Positions 49,189 through 59,985 of a stretch of 64,000 bases of DNA are shown here, piece by piece (position 1 is the stretch's first letter; every line of letters starts with the position of its first letter). Origin of the DNA: Raja brachyura (Eukaryota). Below the pieces are notes generated by a model. That model saw only the letters and a list, made by a program, of their open reading frames with translations. It ran no database searches and had not been told where the DNA came from. Location: the NCBI GenBank assembly GCA_963514005.1, contig OY740803.1, positions 20,088,001-20,152,000 on the forward strand, read 5' to 3'. Both the position numbers and the translations under genes were made by a program.

Positions 49189-50535
49189 CCCCGATTGAAA
49201 TTTTACATGGCTCTTTAAGTTTGGAGCATTTTTCCAATTGGTTGATCCATCCCCACACCTTTATATTAAAAGAAGGGAAGTCTTCCACATCATCAGACCC
49301 ATCAGATAAGATGAGCCTGAGAGTACTTTGTTTTGGCCTTCCTCCCTGGTGGAGTGGTCTCAGTGCCCTGAAGCACTGGAACTGATGGAGGCAGTTGAGC
49401 TGCCGGTAGAACCAATAGCCGGTATCGGAGCCGGCATTAGTGCAGCCGTTATCTCCCAACCCGATCTATAAGCGGTAATCGCAGAGCCGTCATTAGTGCA
49501 GCCGTTATCTCCCGGCCCGATCTATAAGCAGTAACCGCGGTCCCCGCGTGTTCCGCTCCTACTAAGGCAGTTACATTTACAACACCCTCCATAGCACTAA
49601 CTCTTGCTGGCTCCCAAGCCAGACTTACAGAGTTTAAAATCCTCGCAGGGAAGTTTTAACATTGACTTACCTGCGGGTTGCTACTTAACGCTGGTGGAGC
49701 TGCGCTCTCCAGCCCGTCGGTGCACCATGCGTTGGACGTAATGACGCACATGCGCCTGGCGGGGCTTCTTCACGTAGTCACTCACGTGACTCAGAAATAA
49801 AATAGAATGATATTGGTTGGGAAGATTCACCAAACTGCTGCTCTCAAGCAGACTACTAGCACAGTTTTCCCATTAATAGTAGCAGATTCATCAATCATAA
49901 TAGACATTTTAGATTGTTTTGAAATTATATTTTCCACCACTGTCTTTCGGATCTGGTTCCCTATGTGGTGAGAAACATCTGCACATGACTTATGAGAGTG
50001 TAGAACGTACACCAAGTCAATGCTGTTTCTTACTTGCAGTTCAATATCAGAAGACATTTGTATGGCCTACCTTTGTGTACAATATTATATACAGTTCTAA
50101 AAACTCGACCTGTTTTTGCTTCATCCTTTTAAGTGACATATACACTACATTTTCGATTGCTTTTTTTTCAGCTGTTTCATTGATTTTTTGGCATCTGATA
50201 TGAGCTTCACTATATTTGTGCTTAAAAATATTTTTTCTTAAACTCATTTACTGTTACATTGCACCACTCAGGAGACAAATTAATTCCTTGTGTTTGTTCA
50301 AGTCCAAGATGACACTTGCTGCATACACTACATCCTAGTTTTCTGTTTTTAACAATTAGCCAGGGATATACTTTATTTTTGTTTCTTGTGTCCAACAGTC
50401 TGGAAAATCACATTTTCCAATATCTTTTGAAATGCCTTCACATGCAGCATCAGGCAAAACAGCTGCACCAGTTAAATTAGCATTTTCAAGTAATTTTGCC
50501 TTCTTCTCTGGCTGAGTGTTTTCATTATCATTTAT

Positions 50536-51015
50536 TTACAATACAATACAATACAATACAATACCGTTTATTGTCATTTGAACCTCATTGAGGTTCAAAC
50601 GAAATTTAGTTTCTACAGTCATACAAACAAGAAAGAACCAAGACACAACACAATTTATACAAACATCCATCACAGTGAAGCTCCTCCTCACTGTGATGGA
50701 AGGCAAAGTGTTATCTCTCCCCTGTACTCTCCATTCTCCTCCCGATGGCAGAGTCAAAGCCCCGGCGGGTGATGGTAAGTAAGTCCCGCGGCAGTTAAGG
50801 CTGCGGCAGGCGATGCAAGGCCCCGCTCCGGGTCTTGATGTTGGAGCCCCAAGCGGGCGCTAGCAATTCCCGCGGCCATTAAAGCCGCAGCGGGCGATGT
50901 AAGGCCCCTCTCCAGGTAATTTTCAACCCCGCATCTCGGGCGGGAGATGGTGCCGTTGCGGGAGCTCCAAAAAGCGGTCTCCCACCAGGGACCCGCGAAC
51001 TCCCGATGTCACCGT
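50536..51015 (-). mobile_element. Non-autonomous retroposon with (caata)n tail nested in the hAT
   Basis: Same family block as 9565-10070. Confidence 0.6.
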
Positions 51016-51149
51016 TTCTTCATCGATCTGAAGATGCAGTCTTTTAAAGTATCTCAGTATGCTAATTTTCGCAGGGTACACAAATTTGAAATGTATAGAT
51101 ATTTGATAGTGATTTGGTAGTGATCTTATACCTATTGAGGAATTGAGGA

Positions 51150-51832
51150 GGTAGCGAATCTAGGAATAACTGTGCATAGTTCCCTGAAGGTGGAATCTCA
51201 TGTAGATCAGGTGGTAAAGAAAGTTTTTGGTGTGCTGGCTTTTATAAATCAGAGCATTGAGTATAGAAGTTGGGATGAAATGTTAAAATTGTACAAGGCA
51301 TTGGTGAGGCCATTTGTGGAGTATGTTGTACAATTTTGGTCGCCAAATTATAAGAAAGATGTCAACAAAATAGAGAGAGTGCAGAGGAGATTTACTAGAA
51401 TGGTACCTGGGTTTCAGCACCTAAGTTACAGAGAAAGGTGGAACAAGTTAGGTCTTTATTCTTCGGAGCACAGAAGGTTAAGGGGGGACTTGATAGAGGT
51501 CTTTAAAATGATGAGAGGGATAGACAGAGTTGACATATACCTATCCACTTTACTTTTAAATGTTAAAATCGATCCTGCCTCCACCACTTCTGCTGGAAGA
51601 TCATTCCACACAGCCACCACTCTCTGAATAAAGAAGTTCCCCCCCCCATGTTACCCCTAAACTTCTGTCCCTTAATTCTCATGGCATGCCCTCTTGTTTG
51701 AATCTGCCCTACCCTCAATGGGAAAAGCTTATCCACGTCAACTCTGTCTATCCCTTTCATCATTTTAAAGACCTCAATCAAGTCCCCCGTCAACCTTCTG
51801 CACTCCAGAGAATAAAGACCTAACTTGTTCAA
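51150..51832. mobile_element. CR1 3' fragment with inversion (+ 51150-51535, - 51540-51832)
   Basis: LGLYSxExRRLxGDLIEVFK is encoded on both strands in opposite orientation. Confidence 0.8.
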
Positions 51833-51834
51833 GT

Positions 51835-52451
51835 AGCCAATGAATAGTAGCAATATAATACCAAGGCGAGTGGTTAATGTGTGTGGGGGGGGGGGGGGGG
51901 GGGGGAGGGGGTGGTTAGTGCACGTGTGTGCGGGGGGGGGGGGGGATTAGTGTGGGTGGGTGGGCTGGTTAATGTGTGTGTGGGGGGTGTGGTTAGAGTG
52001 TGCATGTGTGGGGGTGTGTGTAGTGTGTGTGTGGGGGGGGTGTGGTTAGAGTGTGTGTGTGTGGGTGGGGTTTAGTGTGTGTGTGTGGGAGGTGGTTAGT
52101 GTGTGTGTGTGGGGGGTGGTTATTGAGTGTGTGTGGGGGGGTGGTTAGTGTGGGGGGGGGTGTGGTGGTGGTTTGTGTGTGTGTGGGGGGGTGGTTAGTG
52201 TGTGTGTGTGTATGGGGGGGTTAGTGTGTGTGGGGGGGGTGGTTATTGAGTGTGTGTGGGGGGGGTGTGGTGGTGGTTTGTGTGTGTGTGGGGGGGTGGT
52301 TAGTGTGTGTGTGTGTGTGTGTGTGTGTATGGGGGGGTGGTTAGTGTGTATGTGGGGGGGGGTTGTTAGTGTGCGTGTGAAGCCGCAGCATCCCCCCTCC
52401 CCCCAAACGTGCGTTGGAGGAACAAACCCAGCGGGTCTGCACTTGCTCTAG
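51835..52451 (+). mobile_element. Helitron 3' part with GT-rich minisatellite
   Basis: Ends in hairpin aaacccagcgggtct + acttgctCTAG|T, resembling the 3' end of the 31664-34621 Helitron; (gtggttagtgtgtgt)n array at 51870-52375. Confidence 0.6.
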
Positions 52452-53356
52452 TATATAGTAAAAATTGATAGTGATATAATAAAATATTTCCATTTGCACT
52501 ATTGTTTTGCTAAATAAAACCACCCACAATGAAATATTCACCACTCACGATTTAGGCTGGAAAAAACTATTGGTACTACTTATTTAATTTTCTCCCCATC
52601 CATTCTAATTTAACTGAACACTTAATCTGAAAATGCAGTTTCTTATTGGGGCAGATAATAGAAAAAGTAATGCCTTTGGAGACAGCGGCTGATTGGAGGG
52701 GAGGAGACCGATTTGTTGATTGGACGGGAATTTTAAGGGAAGATCGTCGGTGATTGGACGCAACCTCCTTGGAGACAGCGGTTGATTGGCTGCCAAATAA
52801 TCGGGAACAAAAAATTGACAAATAGGAAAACAAAAATCGTAATTACGATTTAAATCTGATGTAAGGTACATAGGGTGGGTATCGATTAATTCTAGACAAC
52901 AGATTTAAAAAAAATCTAACCCCATTAGATCACTCAGGGTGTATTTTGATATGTTCTACAGTATGAAGTGTACAGCAAAACTTGCACTTCCAGAGTGGTC
53001 TATTGTGTTGTTTCTTCAGCAGACCATAAATTTATTTTAAGAGCTAAACATAAAGTGCTGAAGACTCATCAGGTCAGGCCGGATATATGGACGGTCCAAA
53101 GAAGGGTCTCGACCCAAAACATCACCTATTCGTTCTCTCCAAAGATGCTGCCTGACCTGCTGAGTTACTCCAGCATTTTGTATCTATCTATGGAGGGAAT
53201 GGTTAGGCGACATTTAGGTGTTGGTAAAGATCGAAAATTTCACATATTTAAATATGTTGTTACGAAAATAACTACTAGTGTGGGAAATGTTTGCCACATA
53301 CATACCCAAAAGTAGAAATGTAGAAAGTTACAGTGCATAAAAAACATAGATATTAC

Positions 53357-53568
53357 GAGGGTACACAAAAAGCTGGAGAAACTCAGCGGGTGCAACAGCA
53401 TCTAAGGAGCGAAGGAGATAGGCAACGTTTCGGGCCGAAACCCTTCTTCAGACTGATGGGAGGTGGGGGAGGGGGGGGGGGGGAGAAGAAAGGAAAAAGG
53501 AGGAGGAGGAGCCCGAGGGCTGAGGGAGATGTGGGAAGGGGAGGAGACAGCAAGGGTTAACAGAAATT
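53357..53568 (-). mobile_element. Solo Penelope pseudo-LTR
   Basis: Near-identical inverted copy of 58110-58320. Confidence 0.85.
53421..53453 (-). ncRNA. Minimal type I hammerhead ribozyme motif (best-preserved copy)
   Basis: Reverse complement gtCTGAAGAagggtttcggcccGAAAcGTTgcc: CUGAnGA, stem II, GAAA, palindromic AACGUU stem III, GUH triplet. Confidence 0.7.
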
Positions 53569-55386
53569 TCTATATTTTGAAAATGGGCAAAGCAAAAAGT
53601 AGCATGTTCTCTATAAAGGTTTACCCTAAAATAATTGATCGGAAGGGTGTGATTTTCAGGGAGAGAGGGAGAGAGGCAGAGCACGAGAGAGGCAGAGCGG
53701 GAGAAAGGCAGAGCAAAGAGCGGCAAATAAAATAACGTGGAATAATAAAATAACGTGACTTTACCTGAGCCCGTGCTCGCGGTCCGGTAGCTCTGATAGT
53801 GAGTTTAAGAAATTCTCCCTTGAATTGTATTCAGAGGAACGCCGTGTCATTAATACATAGTCTGAGTAATACATTGACTTTGGAATGTGGATCAATGTAT
53901 TAATGACACATTGTATAACTACTACCTGTTAACTATTGGCTGTTAACAAGTCCTAACAGTGGCAGTTAACAAATCGTTTTCGACTGAGTTGAATAAAGTG
54001 ATAAACGACTTGAATCTTTCTGCAGTGCTCATTAAACCCAAGCTGGAAACTGAAAACTAGGGGAACACCGTCCCCCTGCGTACCCCCCCCCCCCCCCCCC
54101 CCCCCCCATTTCCATCACTGGACATTTGCCATAATCACCCACTATAAATGTATCACTGTACAGAACCACAACTGATGTATTGAATAAAACCATGCATTTT
54201 GTCTGGTGATATTATATTTGATTGCCTGGTCTTGTTTATGTACTCAGAAAGTGTATTTTGAAAAATTCTATACAATTCCACCCTTAGTCTCCTTTTTATG
54301 TTTGCCTGGAATAAATATAATCCTGTTCAATCTGGACTGTGTGTTGTACACTTAAAAGCACAACGTATACACCCCTTCCATTTACCAGAATACTGCCTGG
54401 AGTTTGCTTTCGCTGCCGCTTTTGAGCGTCTAAACTGCCATACCCTCTCACTTTGGTGTGGGGCTTGGGGAGTGAAAAGCACTTGATCAACTCTCCTGAC
54501 TGTTGCAAAGTGACTGAGCAACGTAGATGAAGGTGCGCCATGGTTTTCATAGTAACGTTGAATGCAGTGACTGGCTTTGCAGATCGGTAAGATTAGTTAA
54601 TCATTCCAGTAAAGACAAAGGAACTCTTTTCACATCCATCACAAAATTCGAGATTAAATGGGTCAATTTAATTCCTTTGCCAGCTTTCGTCTCCTCTTTA
54701 TATTTCCCTGTACTAAATAAAATCCTATTGCATCTGTGTGTAGTTCACTTAATGTCATCCCTTCCATTTACCAGAATTCGGGGTATTAGCTATAAGGAGA
54801 AAAGATAAACTTGGATGATTTTCCCTGGAGCATTGAAGCTTGAGGGGAAACCTGATAGAAGTATATAAAATTCTGGGAGACATAGATAGGGTGGACAGTC
54901 AAAACCTTTTTCACGATGTGGGAACATCAAAGGTGAGTGGGCATAGCTAAGATGAGAGGGACGAAGTTTAAAGCTGATGTGAGGTGCACATATTTTTTAC
55001 ACGGAGGTTGATGTGTGCCTGCAACACACTGCCAAAGGACTGTGGTAGAGGCAGACGCGATAGTGATGTTTGAAGAATGATCTTTGAGGTAGGCTCATGG
55101 ATATGCAGTGGATGGAAGGATATGTATCATGTGCAGGCAGAGGAGATTAGTTAATCTCAGCGTCACGTTTGGCACAGACATTGTGGGCCAAATGGCCTGT
55201 TGTTCTATTAGCAGTTCAGATCTCCAGCGCAGTCCAATTTAACATTTTGAGTGTGACAGTGAAAACACGGTGCTTGTCATGTTTAGTATAGTTTTACTTT
55301 AGAGATACATCACGGAAACAAGGCCATTGACCTAGCGGGTCCACGCCGATCTATAATCACCAATTCTCTCAGTTCAATATTAGCTT

Positions 55387-58320
55387 TCGAAACACCGAAA
55401 CACTGAAAGGTCGGTCCTTAGCAGAGGTCTTACCTTTATCCCCCTCCGTCCCCACCTCAATGGGTTCCGCGCCCACCACGACTTGGATCTCTTCTACCAT
55501 CGCCTCCGCAAAGCGGACCGAACTGCGCCGCCCCACCAACCACCCACCCACCGGGACCACCCACGCATCGCCCGCCGACCCCGACTCTACGGCCCGCGGA
55601 CTCCCACCTTCGGGCCCGTCAACCCACGACACTCCACTGCCCTCCAGCAGCCCGCAGCCGTCGCCTCACCTGCAAACTGGACTCTGCAGCGGGCCGGAAG
55701 CCTCCATGCTGTTGATTCCCACTCCTCTGGTTTTGACGGCACTGGGTCCTAGTGCCCGTCTCCCCAACCCTGGTAACCTCAGTCGCTATTCCACTGGGTC
55801 TTCCCCATCCCCCTCCAACTATGTAACCCCTGCTCTTCCCCACCCACACCACAGCCCCCATACCCCCCCACCCCCTGACCACCCTCCACCCCCCCACCAC
55901 ACAACGCTTCGTCCTCAGTCCACTCACCTGCCTGCCTCCGGCCACAACCCCCATCCTTGCCACGTGTTCATCATCCCCCCGGACCTCCCCCTCTCCGACA
56001 CCGAAAGGTCGGTCCTCAGCAGAGGTCTTACCTTTGTCCCCCTCTGTCACCACCTCAATGAGTTCCGCGCCCACCACGACTTGGAGCTCTTCTACCGTCG
56101 CCTCCGCCTCACAGCGTTCTACCACGGGAAGAAGTCCTTGCCCCCCACTGATGATCCCTTTTCCTGTCTCCAACGAACCCCTTCCTCGTGGACCCCTCCT
56201 CGTGGCCCTCCAGCTTTAGAACTCTTTATCCAGAACTGCCGTCGGGACATCAACCGCCTCGACTTCTCCACTCCCCTGTCTCACTCCAATCTCTCCCCCC
56301 TCGAACGTAATGCCATCGACTCACTCCGCAACAACCCAGACTGGGTTATCAAACCCGCCGATAAGGGAGGTGCGCATCGATCTCTACAAAGCGGAGGCCA
56401 CGCGCCAACTCTCGGACACCTCCTCCTACTTACCCCTGGACCATGACCCCACTGACGAGCACCAGGCCACCATCTCGAGCACCATAACCAACTTCATCAA
56501 CTCCGACTCCCTGCACCCCCGAGCCTCCAACCTCATCGTTTCCCAGCCCCGCACGGCCCGATTTTACCTTCTCCCCAAAACCTGACTGCCCCGGCAGACC
56601 CATTGTCTCTGCCTGTTCGTGCCCCATCTAACTCATTTCCACTTACCTTGACTCCATCCTATCCCCCTTGGTTAAATCCCTCCCCACCTATGTTCAAGAC
56701 ACCTCAGACACTCTCCGTTGGCTCCACGCATTCCATTCTCCAGGCCCCCATCCTCTCATCTTCACCATGGACGTTCAGTCACTCTACACCTCCATCATCC
56801 ACCAGGATGGTCTCAAAGCCCTCCGGTTATTCCTCGACCAGAGGAGCAACCCATACCCGTCCACTGACACCCTCCTCCGCCTAGCGGAGTTGGTCCTTAC
56901 CCTCAATAACTTCTCTTTGACTCCTCCCATTTCCTCCAAATACAAGGCGTGGCTATGGGCACACGCATGGGCCCCAGCTATGCTTGCCTCTTTGTCGGGT
57001 ACGTCGAACAATCCATGTTCTCGGCGTACCAGGGCCCCATCCCCGACCTCTACCTCCGTTACATCGACGACTGCTTTGGTGTCACCTCCTGCACCCACAC
57101 ACAACTGACTGACTGATCCGTTTCACCACCAACTTCCATCCGGCACTCAAATACACCTGGACCATTTCCGACACTTCCCTACCATTCCTTGACCTCATGT
57201 TCTCCATTGCAGGGGATACAATCCTGACCGACATCCACTACAAACCCACTGACTCCCACAGCTACCTGGACTACTCTTCCTCCCACCCTGCTTCCTGAAA
57301 GGACTCTATCCCCTATTCCCAATTCCTCCGTCTATGCCGTATCTGCTCCCAGGATGAGGTGTTCCACACCAGGTCATCACTAATGTCCTCATTCTTCAGA
57401 GAACGGGGATTCCCCTCCCCCACTATAGATGAGGCTTGCACCAAGGTCTCCTCCATACCCCGCAACACTGCCCTCTCTCCCCATTCCCCACTCGCAACAA
57501 GGACAGAGTTCCCCCTGGTCCTCACCTTTCACCCCACCAGCCGGCACATACAACACATAGTCCTCCGCCAGTTTCGCCACCTCCAATGTGACCCCACCAC
57601 TTGCCACTTCCCATCTCCCCCCCGTCTGCCTTCCGCAAAGACCGCTCCCTCCGCAACTCCCTTGTCAATTCTGCCCTTCCCTCCCGCTCCACCTTTCCCC
57701 CGGGCACTTTCCCTTGCAACCGCAAGAGATGCTACACTTGTCCCTTTACCTCTCCCCTCCACTCCTTTCAGGGACCCAAGCAGTCCTTCCAGGTCCGACA
57801 GAGGTTCACCTGCTCCTCCTCCAACCTCATCTACTGCATCCGCTGCTCTTGATGCCAGCTGATCTATATCGGTGAGACCAAGCGGAGGCTGGGCGATCGT
57901 TTCGCCGAACACCTCCGCTCGGTCTGCAATAACCAACCCGACCTCCCGGTGGCTCAACACTTCAACTCCCCCTCCCATTCCGTATCCGACCTCTCTGTCC
58001 TGGGCCTCCTCCACGGCCAGATTGAGCAACACCACAAATTGGAGGAACAGCACCTCATATTCCGCTTGGGGAGTCTGCATCCTTTTGGCTTGAACATTGA
58101 ATTTTCTCAATTCTGTTAACCCTTGCTGTCTCCTCCCCTTCCTACCTCTCCCTCAGCCCTTGGGCTCCTCCTCCTCCTTTTTCCTTTCTTCTCACCGCCC
58201 CCCACCCCCCCCACCTCCCATCAGTCTGAAGAAGGGTTTCGGGGCGAAACATTGCCTATCTCCTTCGCTTCTTAGATGCTGCTGCACCCGCTGAGTTTCT
58301 CCAGCTTTTTGTGTACCCTC
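55387..58320 (+). mobile_element. Penelope-like element (Neptune-like), RT plus GIY-YIG endonuclease, disrupted, inserted into an HE1-like SINE
   Basis: IKPADKGG, TMDVQSLYT, GVAMG, LRYIDD, CNRKRCYTC linker, LIYCIRCS..YIGETKRRLGDRFAEH; 3' pLTR with hammerhead at 58224-58256; TSD aatattagctt at 55376-55386 and 58321-58331. Confidence 0.92.
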
Positions 58321-58674
58321 AATATTAGCTTGCTTTCTCATCCACTCCCTACATACTAGGGGCAGCTTATGGAGGCTGATTAACTACAAACCTGCTGGTC
58401 TTGTGGGATGTGGGAAGAATCCTGAACACCCGGAGGAAAGCCACACTGTCACAAGCAAACTCCGCACAGACAGCACCCGAGGTGAGTATTGAACCCGCAT
58501 CTCTGTGAGGCAGCAGCCATACCCACTGCACCACTATGCAGTCACTTGTCTGCAAGTGGTTGAGATAAGTCGACAATGTTAGTTGATGTCGACAACTTAA
58601 CAAATGGAACTTTGGAAGAAAACTAAAATAAAAATTGGAAAAGAAATGACCACCAGAAAACATTAGGGTGGTGG

Positions 58675-58965
58675 CTTGGTGGCGCAGCAGTAGAGTTGCT
58701 GCCTCATAGCGCCAGAGACCCAGGTTCGGTCCTGATCCCGGATGCTGTCTGTGTGGAGTTTGTATGTTCTCTCTGTGACCGCGTGGGTTTTTTCCGGGTG
58801 CTCCCGGTTTCCGCCCACATCCCAAAGACGTACAGGTTTGTAGGTTAATTGGCGTCTGAAAATTGCCCCTAATGTAGGGAGTGGATGAGAGAGTGGTTTA
58901 ACTAACAGTGGAACTAGTGTGATGTGTGATCGATGTGGGCTGAAGTGCCTGCTTCCAATCTGTAC
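58675..58965 (+). mobile_element. HE1-like SINE
   Basis: Consensus match. Confidence 0.85.
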
Positions 58966-59289
58966 CTTTAAATTCTGAACATTACTCGGGGAATTAATGC
59001 AGAGAGTGTAGTAAAGAGGAGTCCAGGATAGGACAGGAAATTGTGTAATTTGATGGTTTGCAGATGGTTCCTGAGTAGCAGATTAGATTCATGTAATATA
59101 GTCTCTGCAATAATAGTCCCCTGATTGGGAATAAAAAAGAGAAATATAGACACAAAATGGATACATGGATAGGACAGGTTTGGAGGAATTTGGACCAAAC
59201 TCGGGCAGGTGGGACTAGTGTAGCTGGGTCATGTTGGCCGGTGTGGGCAAGTTGGGCCGAAGGGCCTGTTTCCACACTGTATCACTCTA

Positions 59290-59572
59290 AAATACTGGAG
59301 TAACTTCGTGGTTCAAGCAGCATATGTGGAGAAAAGGAATAAGTGAAGTTTCGGGTCGAGACCCTTCTTCAAACTTGGGGTCTGAAAAATGGGGATTAGA
59401 CTTTTAAGTGAAGAAGGGTCTTAACCCGAAACGCCACCCATTCCTTTTCCCCAGCGATGGCGCCTGACCCGCTGAGTTACTCCAGCATGTTGTGTCTATT
59501 TCACTATTTTTTATTGTTCCTTCTCTGTGATATTTCATTCCAGTGTAAACCGGCATTACAGTTCCTTCCTGT
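59290..59572. mobile_element. Fold-back dimer of hammerhead-bearing Penelope-derived repeat
   Basis: - strand core at ~59343-59372 and + strand core at ~59409-59438, with inverted arms. Confidence 0.75.
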
Positions 59573-59579
59573 ACAAAAC

Positions 59580-59985
59580 AGAGAAAGTCCGGAGATCTGG
59601 GGAGAGCGAGGTTGTTAAAACAAACGGGAGGGAGGGATTTCCATGACCACAGGAATAGCTCAGGAATTTCCCCGAATGATGGTTTCAGTTCGTTGGGACG
59701 TGTGTGAGCGAGCAGTCAGCTTGACCTTCCTTTCCTCTCCAGTCCTCACTTGTCCACGGTGCGTTCTGCTGGCTACCTGGCGTCGGATTACCTGCAGGTT
59801 TAACAGCAAGGACTACTGCAAAAGGCACAGACTCACGTGAGTTCTGCTTGTAGAGCAGAACCATTCACCGCCGTCTCCGCTTCAGAACAGTCAGTCAGAA
59901 GCGAAAGTCAGGAAACGGAAAGTCGATGAGAGAGAGAGATTGAAGCCAGCGGTCGCCAATATCGCAGGGTGACGGGGAGCTCCGG
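59580..59985 (+). promoter_or_regulatory. Candidate NF-kB/IRF-responsive promoter and non-coding first exon of a downstream gene
   Basis: GGGATTTCC at 59634, GGAATTTCCC at ~59663, GGTTTCAGTTC at ~59681, GAAACGGAAAGT at ~59912, TCACGTGA at ~59833; CpG-rich; donor GG|gtaagt at 59986. Confidence 0.5.

Larger units (their letters stand above)
44670..49805 (-). mobile_element. DIRS1-type tyrosine-recombinase retrotransposon, structurally complete
   Basis: Inverted terminal repeats (gaagaagccccgccaggcgcatg.gcgtcat at ~44750 and its complement at ~49741-49771), internal complementary region 44895-45003, and gag/RT/RNaseH/MT/YR remnants. Confidence 0.93.
42790..50530 (-). pseudogene. Fragmented hAT transposase coding region
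   Basis: SIMIDES (49827-50057), VTDGASVMSGRNAGVA (44380-44610), VRWVASSYR (44148-44435), and the C-terminal dimerisation region near 42.9-43.1 kb. Confidence 0.85.
42585..54120 (-). mobile_element. hAT DNA transposon (ZNF862/KIAA1586-like transposase, disrupted) with multiple nested insertions
   Basis: Perfect 16-bp TIRs CAGTGATGGAAATGGG / CCCATTTCCATCACTG; 8-bp TSD gtcatttg / gacatttg. Confidence 0.9.

Noticed and set aside
51881-52451. Cys/Val/Gly-rich ORFs
   Set aside because: Translation of GT-rich simple repeats.
53357-58320. Inverted pLTR pair as the two ends of a single Penelope element
   Set aside because: The left pLTR lies inside the hAT, and the long element has its own TSD at 55376/58321, so they are separate insertions.
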